DNA of 64,000 nucleotides from a virus. The translations under genes and the position numbers were made by a program. The notes beneath the pieces are model-generated. The model was given only the letters and a program-made list of their open reading frames with translations. It was not told the origin of the DNA and made no database searches. Each line of letters begins with the position of its first letter. Positions within the stretch are counted from its first letter, which is position 1. This document shows positions 49,546 through 59,487 of the stretch, in pieces. The DNA is taken from positions 11,872 through 75,871 of IMG/VR virus record IMGVR_UViG_3300042450_000799. The stretch is one strand, 5' to 3'.

Positions 49546-52425
49546 TTGGATAATATAAACACGGGAACTACTGTCAACTTGATTGAACAAAAGGCGTTGT
49601 TAATACTTGACACTTATTCTGGCGCAAATAATTATATTATCAAATTAAAGTTTCAAAAAGAAACAAATAAAAAGTTTTACCCAACAAGAGCTCAATCAGA
49701 GTATATTGTTAATTTTTACGAAACACCACCTAAAGTAGCAAAAAAATGGGTCGATTTAGACCCATATTTTGCTAAAAAAATTGCTGATGAAAAATTATAC
49801 ACTGAAATCCCTAAGGAAATTTGGGTTGAAAAACTTTTAGCTGAAAAAGAAAAATCGTATCATGTTTGGGGTAAAGTATTATCCGGTGAAACAATTCATG
49901 ATTTTTGGTTACCAAAGGGAGCGTTAATTAAAACACACACAATTAAAAACATTGTTGTGGATTATTCGAAATACTCTAACCGACCTCCACTTGATCATCA
50001 AAAAGAGGCTATTGAGAAACTTACTGGATCTAAAAGGTTTATTTTGGCTGATGATATGGGTTTGGGCAAGTGCGAACCTAAGAATAATAAGGTATTTACA
50101 CCAAATGGTAGAAAAAAAATTGGGGATTTAAAAGTCGGAGATAACGTTATTGGTAGTGACGGCAAATCGTATAACGTTGTTGGTGTATTTCCACAAGGTT
50201 TAAAGGAAACATATAAAATTACATTCAATGACGGATTTTCAATTTTATCAGGAGATGAACATTTATGGTCTGTTTCATCCCCCAATTACGGTAAAAATAG
50301 AAAAAACGAAAGACTAAAAAAATCTTTAGTTTTATCAACAAAACAAATGTATGAGGGAGGTAAAATTAAAGTTAAAGGTATTGACTATAATAAAGATAAA
50401 GAATACGAAATTGAAACTTATTATAAATCTCCAAACGGGAATAATAAATGGCAAATACCAATCGTAAATCCAATACAATTTGAACGAAATGATACCCTTC
50501 CGATTAACCCTTATTTTTTAGGTCTGATTTTAGGAGATGGTCATATAACTAAATCGTCTTGTGTTTTTACAGTTCACTGCGACGATTATGATGAATTATT
50601 TTACGGTTTTAATTTAAATGAAAATAAAAAAATTGACAATAAAAGAAAAGGAAATAAATTTATTGGTAGGGATATATTAAACGAACTCAAACTTAACGAG
50701 GCTCGATCCCATAATAAATTCATACCTGATATATACAAATATTCATCAATTGAAAATAGATTGGCAATTCTACAAGGATTAATGGATACTGACGGACATT
50801 GTATGTTTAACGGAAATGAAACTTTTTTAGGGACTGAATATTGTACCATTTCAAAACAACTTTGTGATGACGTTGTTGAAGTGGTACAAACATTAGGGGG
50901 TGTTGCCAGAGTTAAAACTCGTATCCCCACATACACATATAAAGGTATTAAAATGGAAGGTAAATTAGCGTATAGAGTTAATATTAAATTACCCTTAGGT
51001 ATGAATCCATTTCGATTAAAACGTAAATCGGAAAGATATATCGAACCAAAAAAATACCCCACAGGTAGATATATTAAAAATATTGAAAAAGTTGGATTTG
51101 AAGAAAGTGTTTGCATATCGGTAGATTCCCCCGATAAATTGTACGTTACTGAACACGCAATTGTTACTCATAATACGACCTCAACAATTATTGCTGCGTT
51201 AGAAACTAAGGTAAAGAAAATTTTAATTATCTGTCCAGCATCCTTAAAAATTAACTGGCAAAGAGAGATTGAGAATTACACCGATAGAAGTGTTTATATT
51301 TCGGAAGGTAAAAATTTTTCAACGGATCACGACTTTGTTATTGTTAATTACGACATTCTTAAAAACTTTTACGATGTTAAAGATAAAGATAATTCTTTAA
51401 TCACCAAAGGGAAATTTGATCTTATTATTTTAGATGAGGCTCACTATGTTGCCAACGGAACAAGTAATCGGTCAAAATTGGTAAATGGTTTTGCTAAAAA
51501 TTGTGAAAGGGTTTGGTTATTAACGGGAACACCTATGACTAATCGACCAATGAATTATTTCAACCTATTATCTCTTATTGAAAGTCCTGTTAGTAATAAT
51601 TGGATGGCGTTTGCCATTAGGTACTGTCAAGGGTATCAATTTACTGCAGGAAAAAGAAAAATATGGAATGTCTCAGGAGCATCAAACTTAGAAGAATTGA
51701 GAGATAGGACATCAAAACAGGTGTTGAGAAGATTGAAAACAGATGTTTTAGATTTACCTGAAAAAATTATCACACCAGTTTATTTAAAATTAAAATCAAA
51801 ACTTTATGAAGGATTGATGGGTGAATATTATGATTGGTTTAATAAAAACCCTGATGAAAGTAATTCATTAACCGTTCAGTTCAGTAAATTAATGAAAGTT
51901 CGTCAAGTGATTGCTGAAGAAAAAATTAAAGATACCATTGAGTTGGCTGAGAATATTTTAGAACAAGGAAAGAAGGTAATTATTTTTACCAATTTTACTG
52001 ACTCGTTAAATAAAATTGCCGATCACTTTGGTAAACAAGCTGTGAGGTTAGACGGTTCAACGGGAAAACCCCAACGACAATACGCTGTAGATCAATTCCA
52101 AGAGAACGATAAAGTTAAAGTATTTGTCGGAAATTTAAGAGCTGCGGGGGTGGGTATCACTCTAACCGCAGCGGAAGCTGTAATTATGAATGATTTATCT
52201 TTTGTTCCTGGGGATCTTGCTCAAGGAGAAGATAGAGCTTATAGATATGGACAAAACAATTCGGTATCGATTTATTATCCATTATTCATCAATTCAATTG
52301 AGAGTGTAATATATGATATGGTAAACCAAAAGAAACAAAATATTAATACCGTAATGGGTGATAATATAGAAGACAAGGGTGATTTTATCGGGGAACTAAT
52401 GAATAAAATAAATAATAGGGGTTAA
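49546..52425 (+). CDS. SNF2/SMARCAL1-like helicase containing an intein
   Basis: LADDMGLGK|T (split Walker A), ILDEAH, LTGTP, AAGVGITL, QGEDRAYRYGQ. Confidence 0.92.
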   Translation: MDNINTGTTVNLIEQKALLILDTYSGANNYIIKLKFQKETNKKFYPTRAQSEYIVNFYETPPKVAKKWVDLDPYFAKKIADEKLYTEIPKEIWVEKLLAEKEKSYHVWGKVLSGETIHDFWLPKGALIKTHTIKNIVVDYSKYSNRPPLDHQKEAIEKLTGSKRFILADDMGLGKCEPKNNKVFTPNGRKKIGDLKVGDNVIGSDGKSYNVVGVFPQGLKETYKITFNDGFSILSGDEHLWSVSSPNYGKNRKNERLKKSLVLSTKQMYEGGKIKVKGIDYNKDKEYEIETYYKSPNGNNKWQIPIVNPIQFERNDTLPINPYFLGLILGDGHITKSSCVFTVHCDDYDELFYGFNLNENKKIDNKRKGNKFIGRDILNELKLNEARSHNKFIPDIYKYSSIENRLAILQGLMDTDGHCMFNGNETFLGTEYCTISKQLCDDVVEVVQTLGGVARVKTRIPTYTYKGIKMEGKLAYRVNIKLPLGMNPFRLKRKSERYIEPKKYPTGRYIKNIEKVGFEESVCISVDSPDKLYVTEHAIVTHNTTSTIIAALETKVKKILIICPASLKINWQREIENYTDRSVYISEGKNFSTDHDFVIVNYDILKNFYDVKDKDNSLITKGKFDLIILDEAHYVANGTSNRSKLVNGFAKNCERVWLLTGTPMTNRPMNYFNLLSLIESPVSNNWMAFAIRYCQGYQFTAGKRKIWNVSGASNLEELRDRTSKQVLRRLKTDVLDLPEKIITPVYLKLKSKLYEGLMGEYYDWFNKNPDESNSLTVQFSKLMKVRQVIAEEKIKDTIELAENILEQGKKVIIFTNFTDSLNKIADHFGKQAVRLDGSTGKPQRQYAVDQFQENDKVKVFVGNLRAAGVGITLTAAEAVIMNDLSFVPGDLAQGEDRAYRYGQNNSVSIYYPLFINSIESVIYDMVNQKKQNINTVMGDNIEDKGDFIGELMNKINNRG
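50071..51174 (+). mobile_element. Intein (368 aa) with LAGLIDADG homing endonuclease
   Basis: Starts with Cys (CEPKNNKVFT) right after GLGK; block B DEHLW; LAGLIDADG motifs LGLILGDG and LQGLMDTDG; ends VTHN, followed by Thr. Confidence 0.93.
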
Positions 52426-52465
52426 CTGAATTATTTAGATATATATAATATATAACACAACTATT

Positions 52466-53362
52466 ATGAATTTTTTAGAAAACAAAATTAAAATTATTAC
52501 TGAGAAAATAGAGGCTATTGATCAAAAAATAGATGAATCTCATTTATTTAAACAAATTTTATCTGAAAGTAGTTCGGAAAAATGTAGTCGAGAAATGGCA
52601 GAAGCAATTAGGTTTGTTTTCAACATTAACCCACAAGTCAAATTTATTTTTAGATATAAAATTGAAAAAATATTGGAAGATCTTTATCCTGACAATTTCT
52701 ATAAAAAAGATGAATACGGTCCTGGTCAAATGTCTGGTATATATGACTTAGATGGTAGTGGGAGATCAGTTATTAATAAATTAAACACCAATTATTATTG
52801 TTTTTGTATCTTGTTAAATGATGTGAATAAAGTATTGACACATTTGGGTAAACCTAATATTAATATTATCGGGTTAAAACCTTTTGAACAAATTAGCGAA
52901 ACCAACAAATTTGTTAGAATACTAGACGAATATAAAACAAGAATATTTTCTCCAAATTCCGGAACATTTAAAAATTTAATGACAACATTGGGGATCACAC
53001 ATACTGCTGGAGATGAAACAGAAGATTATACAGTTTCTGTTCTAAATAAAAAGTTTGGTGAAAATAATGTGGAAAGAATTGGGGAGTTAGGGAATAAGGA
53101 AGATATGTTAGATGGAATTGACTGTAAGATATCTGTTAACGGTAAAATTAATACCGCCCAAATTAAACCATTTAGAAGTGTTGTTCGTAAAGATGATCAA
53201 ATTTCCATATTAAAAACAGGTCAAGTTAAAAGATATTCAACCGATTGGTTAATCTTTTCAAAAACAAATGGTGAGGTATTAATTTTTGATAATAATAACG
53301 TCAAGATAGTTGATGGGAATTATGTTTTCTTGAAGGATGATTTAATTTATAGTTTAGGTTGA
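52466..53362 (+). CDS. Hypothetical protein with PD-(D/E)XK-like C-terminal domain
   Basis: GDETE...DMLDGIDCKI...TAQIKP resembles the E...D...QxK nuclease core. Confidence 0.45.
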   Translation: MNFLENKIKIITEKIEAIDQKIDESHLFKQILSESSSEKCSREMAEAIRFVFNINPQVKFIFRYKIEKILEDLYPDNFYKKDEYGPGQMSGIYDLDGSGRSVINKLNTNYYCFCILLNDVNKVLTHLGKPNINIIGLKPFEQISETNKFVRILDEYKTRIFSPNSGTFKNLMTTLGITHTAGDETEDYTVSVLNKKFGENNVERIGELGNKEDMLDGIDCKISVNGKINTAQIKPFRSVVRKDDQISILKTGQVKRYSTDWLIFSKTNGEVLIFDNNNVKIVDGNYVFLKDDLIYSLG

Positions 53363-53384
53363 TATTTATATATAAACACAAACT

Positions 53385-54512
53385 ATGTCAATTATAGCAG
53401 AACCTGAAAGAAGTCGATTATATACAAGGTTAAGACACTTGTTAGGAGCACCACTTAGAAGTGTTGAACTTGAGGATGAAATGTTAGACTCTTTGCTCGC
53501 ACTTTCTATTGAAGATTATTCACAATATGTTCAAGATTGGTTAATAGAATCCCAATGGACATCATTATATAACCTTAATCTAGATACACAATCTTTGTCT
53601 AACGCTTTTATGACAAAAAGCTTAAGTTATGAAGAAAGATATACTTACGCATATTCTAAAATTGTTGGTTTACAAGCCGGAGGTGATTCTGTGTTAAAAA
53701 AAGATTACATCCAGTTAGTGAGAAATCAACAAATGTATGAAATCCCCGCAGGAAGAGAAATTAATGAATTATTATGGTTTTCTCCCGCAACATTAAACAA
53801 TATTATGTTTGACCCATGGTCTTTCGGAGCATTAGGAGCCGGAGGAGGATTAGGTGGGGGAGGTGGTCTCGCTCAATCAGGTGGTATGGCTGGAAGTTAT
53901 TTTATGATGCCTGCTTTTGACATGTTACTGAGAATGCAAGAAATTAATATCCAAAGAAGAATGATTGCTGGTGACTTAACATATAAAATTACAGCATTAC
54001 CTGACGGTAAAAAAGCGATTCATTTAATGAATACACCTGGAGGTAAATTTGACTTTGGTAATGGTACAATGACAAAAGGTAGAGTTTGGTATCATTATTA
54101 TGAAGCGGAAGGTGCTGATAGAGATAAATGTTTAAAAGATAATCCTGATATTATTAAATTACCTTCTGATGTTCCTTTTGATAAAGTGTCTTGGATTGAT
54201 TTAAATAATCCGGCTCAAATATGGATTCGTCGATGGTTCTTTGCATATGCTAAAGAAACTTTATCAAGAGTTAGGGGTAAATTTAGTGGTAATGTTAAAA
54301 CTCCTGATAGTGAATTAACAATGGATTATGCGTCGTTAGCGACCGAATCTAAAGACGAAAAAACTAAACTAATTGAGGAACTTATTGGTGCAGAAGGAAG
54401 GTTAACAAGATTAAAACCTGAAAAAGTTATGGAACGAGAGGCGTTACTTGCCGAAAATTTAAATAAACAGAAAAAGTTTACAGCAATGCCAAGACAAATA
54501 TATGTAATCTAA
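53385..54512 (+). CDS. Neck / head-tail adaptor protein (T4 gp13-like)
   Basis: LGAPLRSVELEDEML; WIRRWFFAYAKETLSRVRGKFSG; TATTTAT at 53363-53369. Confidence 0.8.
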   Translation: MSIIAEPERSRLYTRLRHLLGAPLRSVELEDEMLDSLLALSIEDYSQYVQDWLIESQWTSLYNLNLDTQSLSNAFMTKSLSYEERYTYAYSKIVGLQAGGDSVLKKDYIQLVRNQQMYEIPAGREINELLWFSPATLNNIMFDPWSFGALGAGGGLGGGGGLAQSGGMAGSYFMMPAFDMLLRMQEINIQRRMIAGDLTYKITALPDGKKAIHLMNTPGGKFDFGNGTMTKGRVWYHYYEAEGADRDKCLKDNPDIIKLPSDVPFDKVSWIDLNNPAQIWIRRWFFAYAKETLSRVRGKFSGNVKTPDSELTMDYASLATESKDEKTKLIEELIGAEGRLTRLKPEKVMEREALLAENLNKQKKFTAMPRQIYVI

Positions 54513-54865
54513 TGAGAACTATAAATTTTACACCAAGAAAAAATGTTGTTAGACATCAAACTAGACTATCACCAACAATGGTAGTTGTTGACGGAAATGA
54601 AACTCCCCAAGAAAAAACTCATACGTTAAATAAAGAGTTATTAATTATTGTTAGGGATTCCGAGAATTCTGAAATCATTTTAAATTCCGAAGAACACACA
54701 TATATCACTGTTAAATCTTTAATTAAAACTTTAATAAAACCTGATGTCGGATTAATTGATGAGGAGTGGCATGAACTTATTTTAGAAAAAGGTTCTTGTG
54801 TTCAATTTCAATTTGTTGAGGACTCTTGGTTTATATTATCTTCAGACGGAATAAAATTTGAATAA
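54512..54865 (+). CDS. Hypothetical protein
   Basis: 117 aa, TAATG-coupled to the neck gene. Confidence 0.55.
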   Translation: MRTINFTPRKNVVRHQTRLSPTMVVVDGNETPQEKTHTLNKELLIIVRDSENSEIILNSEEHTYITVKSLIKTLIKPDVGLIDEEWHELILEKGSCVQFQFVEDSWFILSSDGIKFE

Positions 54866-54868
54866 CAT

Positions 54869-55585
54869 TTACAATATTTTACACCCTTTACTTAAATTGT
54901 CAAAAGCCCATAGTGGCTGTAAGTTTGTATAATGACAAAGTTTATAAAGGTCTTCTTCTGTGTTTGCCGATGATAATGGTATAATATGGTCAATATGAAT
55001 GTGTTGTCCCATTAATTCCCAAGACATCCCTTCTGTGAATTGTTTTTCAATATATTCTTTTAAAAATTCTGGTGTGCAACCAACAATATCAAATGTTTTA
55101 TTTTTCTTTGTGATATTATTTGATTTCATAAAAATAGATATTCTCACCCTCATATTGTGAGTAATTTTAAATATAAGGTCATATTTTTTTCTATTTTTTT
55201 GATAATCATTACTATATGTTGGATTTTTTTCTCGATATTCAAATGAATACATTGGATTAGCCTCACGAAACTTTCGACTTTTTTCTTTTATAAGTTCACG
55301 ATTATTCAAATAATATTTTCGAGAAACATTAGGTTGGTTTAACTTTATCTTTTCTTTGTTTTTTTCTTGATAAATTTTGTTTTTTTCTTTAATAATCTTT
55401 TGATTATTTAATTTATAATTTTTTGAATATTTTTTTATTTTAGTTTGATTTTTTTCTCGATATTTTTTGGCGTTCAAATTAAAACATATTTTACATGAGG
55501 CTCGGTATCCTTGATTATTTGGGTTAAAATAAAATTCGCAGACATCTTTTTCTACCTCACACTTACTACAAATTTTTGTTTCCAT
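54869..55585 (-). CDS. Zn-finger HNH endonuclease (cassette copy 2)
   Basis: METKICSKC...CKIC; HIDHIIPLSSANTEEDLYKLCHYTNLQPLW; clear paralog of 23276-23890. Confidence 0.85.
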   Translation of the reverse strand: METKICSKCEVEKDVCEFYFNPNNQGYRASCKICFNLNAKKYREKNQTKIKKYSKNYKLNNQKIIKEKNKIYQEKNKEKIKLNQPNVSRKYYLNNRELIKEKSRKFREANPMYSFEYREKNPTYSNDYQKNRKKYDLIFKITHNMRVRISIFMKSNNITKKNKTFDIVGCTPEFLKEYIEKQFTEGMSWELMGQHIHIDHIIPLSSANTEEDLYKLCHYTNLQPLWAFDNLSKGCKIL

Positions 55586-55727
55586 TTTTTCTATAGTCTT
55601 TAAGTAATTGATTAACCAACGATGATAAATTAATGTGAAGACTTCGATAATACGTTAATAATTCGGGATCTAATGCCACCGATACTTTAGTTTTTTTCTC
55701 TTCTTCTGTTTTTAATTTTCGCCCCAT
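55566..55727 (-). CDS. CcdA/CopG-like ribbon-helix-helix protein (cassette copy 2; not in ORF track)
   Basis: 53 aa MGRKLKTEEEKKTKVSVALDPELLTYYRSLHINLSSLVNQLLKDYRKNGNKNL; overlaps the HNH start by 20 nt. Confidence 0.78.
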   Translation of the reverse strand: MGRKLKTEEEKKTKVSVALDPELLTYYRSLHINLSSLVNQLLKDYRKNGNKNL

Positions 55728-55778
55728 ATTAATAAATATCGTCAAACATCGTAAAAGTGTGAATAATCACAAATTAGT

Positions 55779-58568
55779 TTAGTTAATAAATTCTTCCCAC
55801 CCATTTTCCGCTAAACCATAAATATAATCAGGGGTAACACTAACCCTATCCCAAAACTTTAACTCTAAATCAGTTATTGTTAATAAATCCTCAACAGTAT
55901 CTTGATCCGCATCTTTATTTGGGATTCCACCAATTAATTCACACTGTGATTTAGTGAAAAAATCTCTTTCTTCAGGATTAGAAATTAACAAATTATCTCT
56001 TAATTCCTTATTAAAGACAATTAACAATGGTTCTACTTTTTTATTGAATGTCGTAATTGCTCTCGCAACATTATATTCCCCCGTTAAATCTGGGTTATTC
56101 TCAACTTCAACTGGGTCTAACATATAGCAATTTAACTGTATTGTTGATGTTGATTTGTCTTCAGGTTCTTTACCATTAAGAGAGGAGAATAAATCCAATT
56201 CTTTTTTGGTGTAATTATTTTTTGTTATTTTTTGAACATCCCCATGAGACGATTTACTACCATTATTAACATACATGATAGTATCGCCCAATTGAACATT
56301 TAGATTATGCTTGATTGCCAACTCCATATGGCTCATTCGACTATTAAACGACCCCGCCTTTGTTTTCAAACTACATCTCTTTTTATAGTCTTCAATAGAT
56401 AATTTAACCCTAGATCTTTGAGCAATCTGTTTCAATGGAATTTGTTTAGAGAATATTCTTTGGTGATATTCAAAATACCACTCAATGAATTCCTGACCTT
56501 TTCCCTCCAATAACAATCTCACCCCTTTATCTAAGAACACTTCAATATATAAAGGAAGTTTTTTAGATTTGATTGAATTTCCCGTTAATTTAATTTTACC
56601 GTTAGATTCCATCGTAGCATAATTCTTTCTACTTAAGTTAATACAGGAATCCCAGGTTCCATCACAATCAAGACCCATCGAACCTTTCATAAACAAATCA
56701 TTATACTCTGCGGTGTCGGCATAATAACCTCGATATTCTTCACCCTCCTTGACTAACCAATTAAAACCTTTCCCAATATAAACCTTATCGTCAACACCGC
56801 CCTTCGGTAAACTAAAATTACAACCATCTGTGTCAAGTACTAAAGGTGTGTACCCCCTTTTAACAAAAAACTTAACCATTTGGCGAAGATATTGTCTTCC
56901 CGTACAAGTTATTTTTTCCCCACAATTCATTTCCCCCCATTCGTATACGTGTGGGGCACTTAACCCACCAAATAACGAGTTAATGAACACCTTAATTGGA
57001 AGTTGTTTACGATCATAAGTTAAAGATTTTTTGGGATCAATAGTTTTATATTCCGACGCCAAGTTTTTATACATGATTCGAGCATTACGAAAGTAAGATA
57101 ACATACCTTTCATTCCCCCCATCACATCACACTCAGGAAATACATCATGAGTTAATTGAATAGATGGGTATAAGGAAGAATAATCGAGTTTAAGTACGTT
57201 AGTGGAGTATCCGACTTTAAGTAGTCTTGAAAGTCCCCCTACGAAGTCTGTTTTAGATTCTTTCTTAGGGATTGCCAATTTATGTTTAAACGACCAAGCT
57301 AACATGATCATTCTCCATATTGTTGCAGTCCCCATTGTGGAAACTCTTTCGTATGTTGTTGGTACCATGGAGGCCAATAGAAATGTCCCTTGGTTGAATT
57401 CATCATCGACCGTTAATGTTTCTTCTAAATCGTCGTCAAGATATCTCTCAACAATATTATCCCCTGTCACTTTAATATATTTACCAGGGAATCTTGTGTC
57501 CAAATTATCGAAGTTTGGATTGTTGGCGTTTTTATATTTTCCATTTTCAATGTTTAACCAATACTCTTCTTTTTTGGCATACATTGGGCCTATCTCTGTA
57601 TGGTCAATATAAACTCGATCTGGAGCTTCGGCTTTGATATATTGGGTTATGTATTTAAGACCTGCCGATTTAATACTTGAGTTAATTGCTTGAGCTCTAC
57701 GAACTGAATGAATGATGTCAATAACATTATAACCCCATAATTGAGTTTGGGAGAATCTCTCAACTTCGTTAGCAAGTTTCAACATCCCATTTTTTTGAGA
57801 TATTGGTTTTAATGGGTTTAAGGATTTTGCAATCTTTTTAATGTCTAAATGAAGAGCTTTACATCTTTCAAATATCCAAAACCAGTCGAAGTTTGCGGAA
57901 TTATACCCCCCAATGATTGAAGGTTTGATTTCATCTATTATATTGAAGAATTCGATTAATCCTTTTCGTTCTTGGTCTTCATCGGCACATTCAATAACTT
58001 TTTGGTATCCTTTGTTGGTTTTAATCCCAATCATAAATATACGACCATCCTTTGGTTCTAATGCGGTCGTCTCTAAGTCAAACCCGAGTCTGGTAATGTC
58101 GTTATATTCGTCATATCCCTTGAATAGTCTTTTTTCTCGTGAAATTAAATATTGCTCCACTGGAGGTAGGACTAAGATTTTATCCTTTGCATTTTCAGCC
58201 CATGGATCTACCCCACCATCTTTAAAAAACTGAACTAATTGTCGATAACCTTTAACACTTTTCACCATATATTTCAAACCTTGTGACAATCGTTCGTTTT
58301 CTTTGGTGTCCAGTTTCTCGATTATTATCCCATGTTTGGACATGGCTTCTTTTTGAAGACCTTTGGATGATTGGTAGAAATTTAACCCTCTTAAATCCCC
58401 AACCCAAGCAAATGGTGTAAAACTATCTTTTTTGATTATTTTTCCCTGACCCGGAATTTCCTTTATTTTATATATTGAACCCGTTAGATAATCGAATTCA
58501 ATGGCAACGATGTGCTCTTCGGGATCATTCCCTTCTAGGAATGCTTTAATTTCTTCTTGACTTATCAT
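55779..58568 (-). CDS. Family B DNA polymerase
   Basis: ExoI FDLETT, ExoII GYNSANFDW; polymerase motifs LDYSSLYPS, KVFINSLFG, LDTDG. ATG at 58568 (MISQEEIK) preferred over GTG at 58592. Confidence 0.95.
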   Translation of the reverse strand: MISQEEIKAFLEGNDPEEHIVAIEFDYLTGSIYKIKEIPGQGKIIKKDSFTPFAWVGDLRGLNFYQSSKGLQKEAMSKHGIIIEKLDTKENERLSQGLKYMVKSVKGYRQLVQFFKDGGVDPWAENAKDKILVLPPVEQYLISREKRLFKGYDEYNDITRLGFDLETTALEPKDGRIFMIGIKTNKGYQKVIECADEDQERKGLIEFFNIIDEIKPSIIGGYNSANFDWFWIFERCKALHLDIKKIAKSLNPLKPISQKNGMLKLANEVERFSQTQLWGYNVIDIIHSVRRAQAINSSIKSAGLKYITQYIKAEAPDRVYIDHTEIGPMYAKKEEYWLNIENGKYKNANNPNFDNLDTRFPGKYIKVTGDNIVERYLDDDLEETLTVDDEFNQGTFLLASMVPTTYERVSTMGTATIWRMIMLAWSFKHKLAIPKKESKTDFVGGLSRLLKVGYSTNVLKLDYSSLYPSIQLTHDVFPECDVMGGMKGMLSYFRNARIMYKNLASEYKTIDPKKSLTYDRKQLPIKVFINSLFGGLSAPHVYEWGEMNCGEKITCTGRQYLRQMVKFFVKRGYTPLVLDTDGCNFSLPKGGVDDKVYIGKGFNWLVKEGEEYRGYYADTAEYNDLFMKGSMGLDCDGTWDSCINLSRKNYATMESNGKIKLTGNSIKSKKLPLYIEVFLDKGVRLLLEGKGQEFIEWYFEYHQRIFSKQIPLKQIAQRSRVKLSIEDYKKRCSLKTKAGSFNSRMSHMELAIKHNLNVQLGDTIMYVNNGSKSSHGDVQKITKNNYTKKELDLFSSLNGKEPEDKSTSTIQLNCYMLDPVEVENNPDLTGEYNVARAITTFNKKVEPLLIVFNKELRDNLLISNPEERDFFTKSQCELIGGIPNKDADQDTVEDLLTITDLELKFWDRVSVTPDYIYGLAENGWEEFIN

Positions 58569-58630
58569 TGTAAATATTATTAGTTGGCACATTAGCTCCC
58601 ATACGAAATGAGGTTTACCTTAGTCTAACA

Positions 58631-58659
58631 ATTATATTCATATTTTCACACTATGTCAA
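58631..58659 (-). promoter_or_regulatory. Perfect sigma70 consensus promoter for the DNA polymerase gene
   Basis: Minus strand reads TTGACA-17 nt-TATAAT. Confidence 0.8.
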
Positions 58660-58691
58660 CTGGGATTCCATAAAGTTTTGAATTATTATCT

Positions 58692-59249
58692 CTACGGATT
58701 TTTCTCAATAAACAACTTTACAATTGAGTCTTTTTCCTCATCGGTTTTGGAGTGTATCCACAACCAAATAAACGAGGCTTCTATTGATTTTAAGTTCCTT
58801 TTCTTGTTATTAATTAATTCGTTCAACACGTTAAAATCATTTTCGTCTAAAACTATTGGTATATTTAATGTTGAAGAAATTAAGTATAATTCAAATAGAT
58901 TATAATTATCCTGAGCTTCAGTTGCCCTCATATATAACTCAATCATATCTTCAGAGTTTGTTATATCTGGATGGGTTTTTTTAACAATTTCTCGATATAT
59001 TTTTTTAACTTTATTTTTCACATCTTCATCCACCGTATTTAAGACATCTTCTTTCTTTTTTTCCTGTGGAGTATTCTCCGACTCATTTTTGTAATCTGGG
59101 TTGATCTCAACCCTTTTCTTGCCGATTATTTCTAGAAAATTTTGTTTATTTGTCCCAATCAATTCTTGTTTAAATGAATCGTCACTAATTAAAAAATTGT
59201 ACTCCTGAATCAATTTTTTGATCTCAAGTTCTTTAAGCTTATCTGTCAT
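58692..59249 (-). CDS. J-domain (DnaJ-like) protein
   Basis: VKKIYREIVKKTHPD...YMRATEA; likely start MTDKLKE, 4 nt after TATTTAT. Confidence 0.7.
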   Translation of the reverse strand: MTDKLKELEIKKLIQEYNFLISDDSFKQELIGTNKQNFLEIIGKKRVEINPDYKNESENTPQEKKKEDVLNTVDEDVKNKVKKIYREIVKKTHPDITNSEDMIELYMRATEAQDNYNLFELYLISSTLNIPIVLDENDFNVLNELINNKKRNLKSIEASFIWLWIHSKTDEEKDSIVKLFIEKNP

Positions 59250-59295
59250 AACTATAAATATTAGAAATTCCGAGATATTTATAATAAAAGAAATT

Positions 59296-59487
59296 ATGAA
59301 AATATTATTACACATATTCCATTTAATACCTATTATTGGTCTTGGAATTTTGGCGTTTCTATATCCAGGTTGGTATCGAGATGGATACTTGACAGATTGG
59401 TACCCTTTAATTGGGGCGTTCGTGGCAATTTATGGTGGGTTTGTCGGATCATTAATTTGGTATATACAGAATTTCAAAAACTTATGA
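59296..59487 (+). CDS. Small two-TM membrane protein
   Basis: 63 aa MKILLHIFHLIPIIGLGILAFLY...PLIGAFVAIYGGFVGSLIWY; TATTTAT at 59276-59282. Confidence 0.6.
   Translation: MKILLHIFHLIPIIGLGILAFLYPGWYRDGYLTDWYPLIGAFVAIYGGFVGSLIWYIQNFKNL

Noticed and set aside
58569-58630. Hammerhead ribozyme in the pol leader
   Set aside because: CGAAA is present on + but there is no CUGANGA core on either strand.
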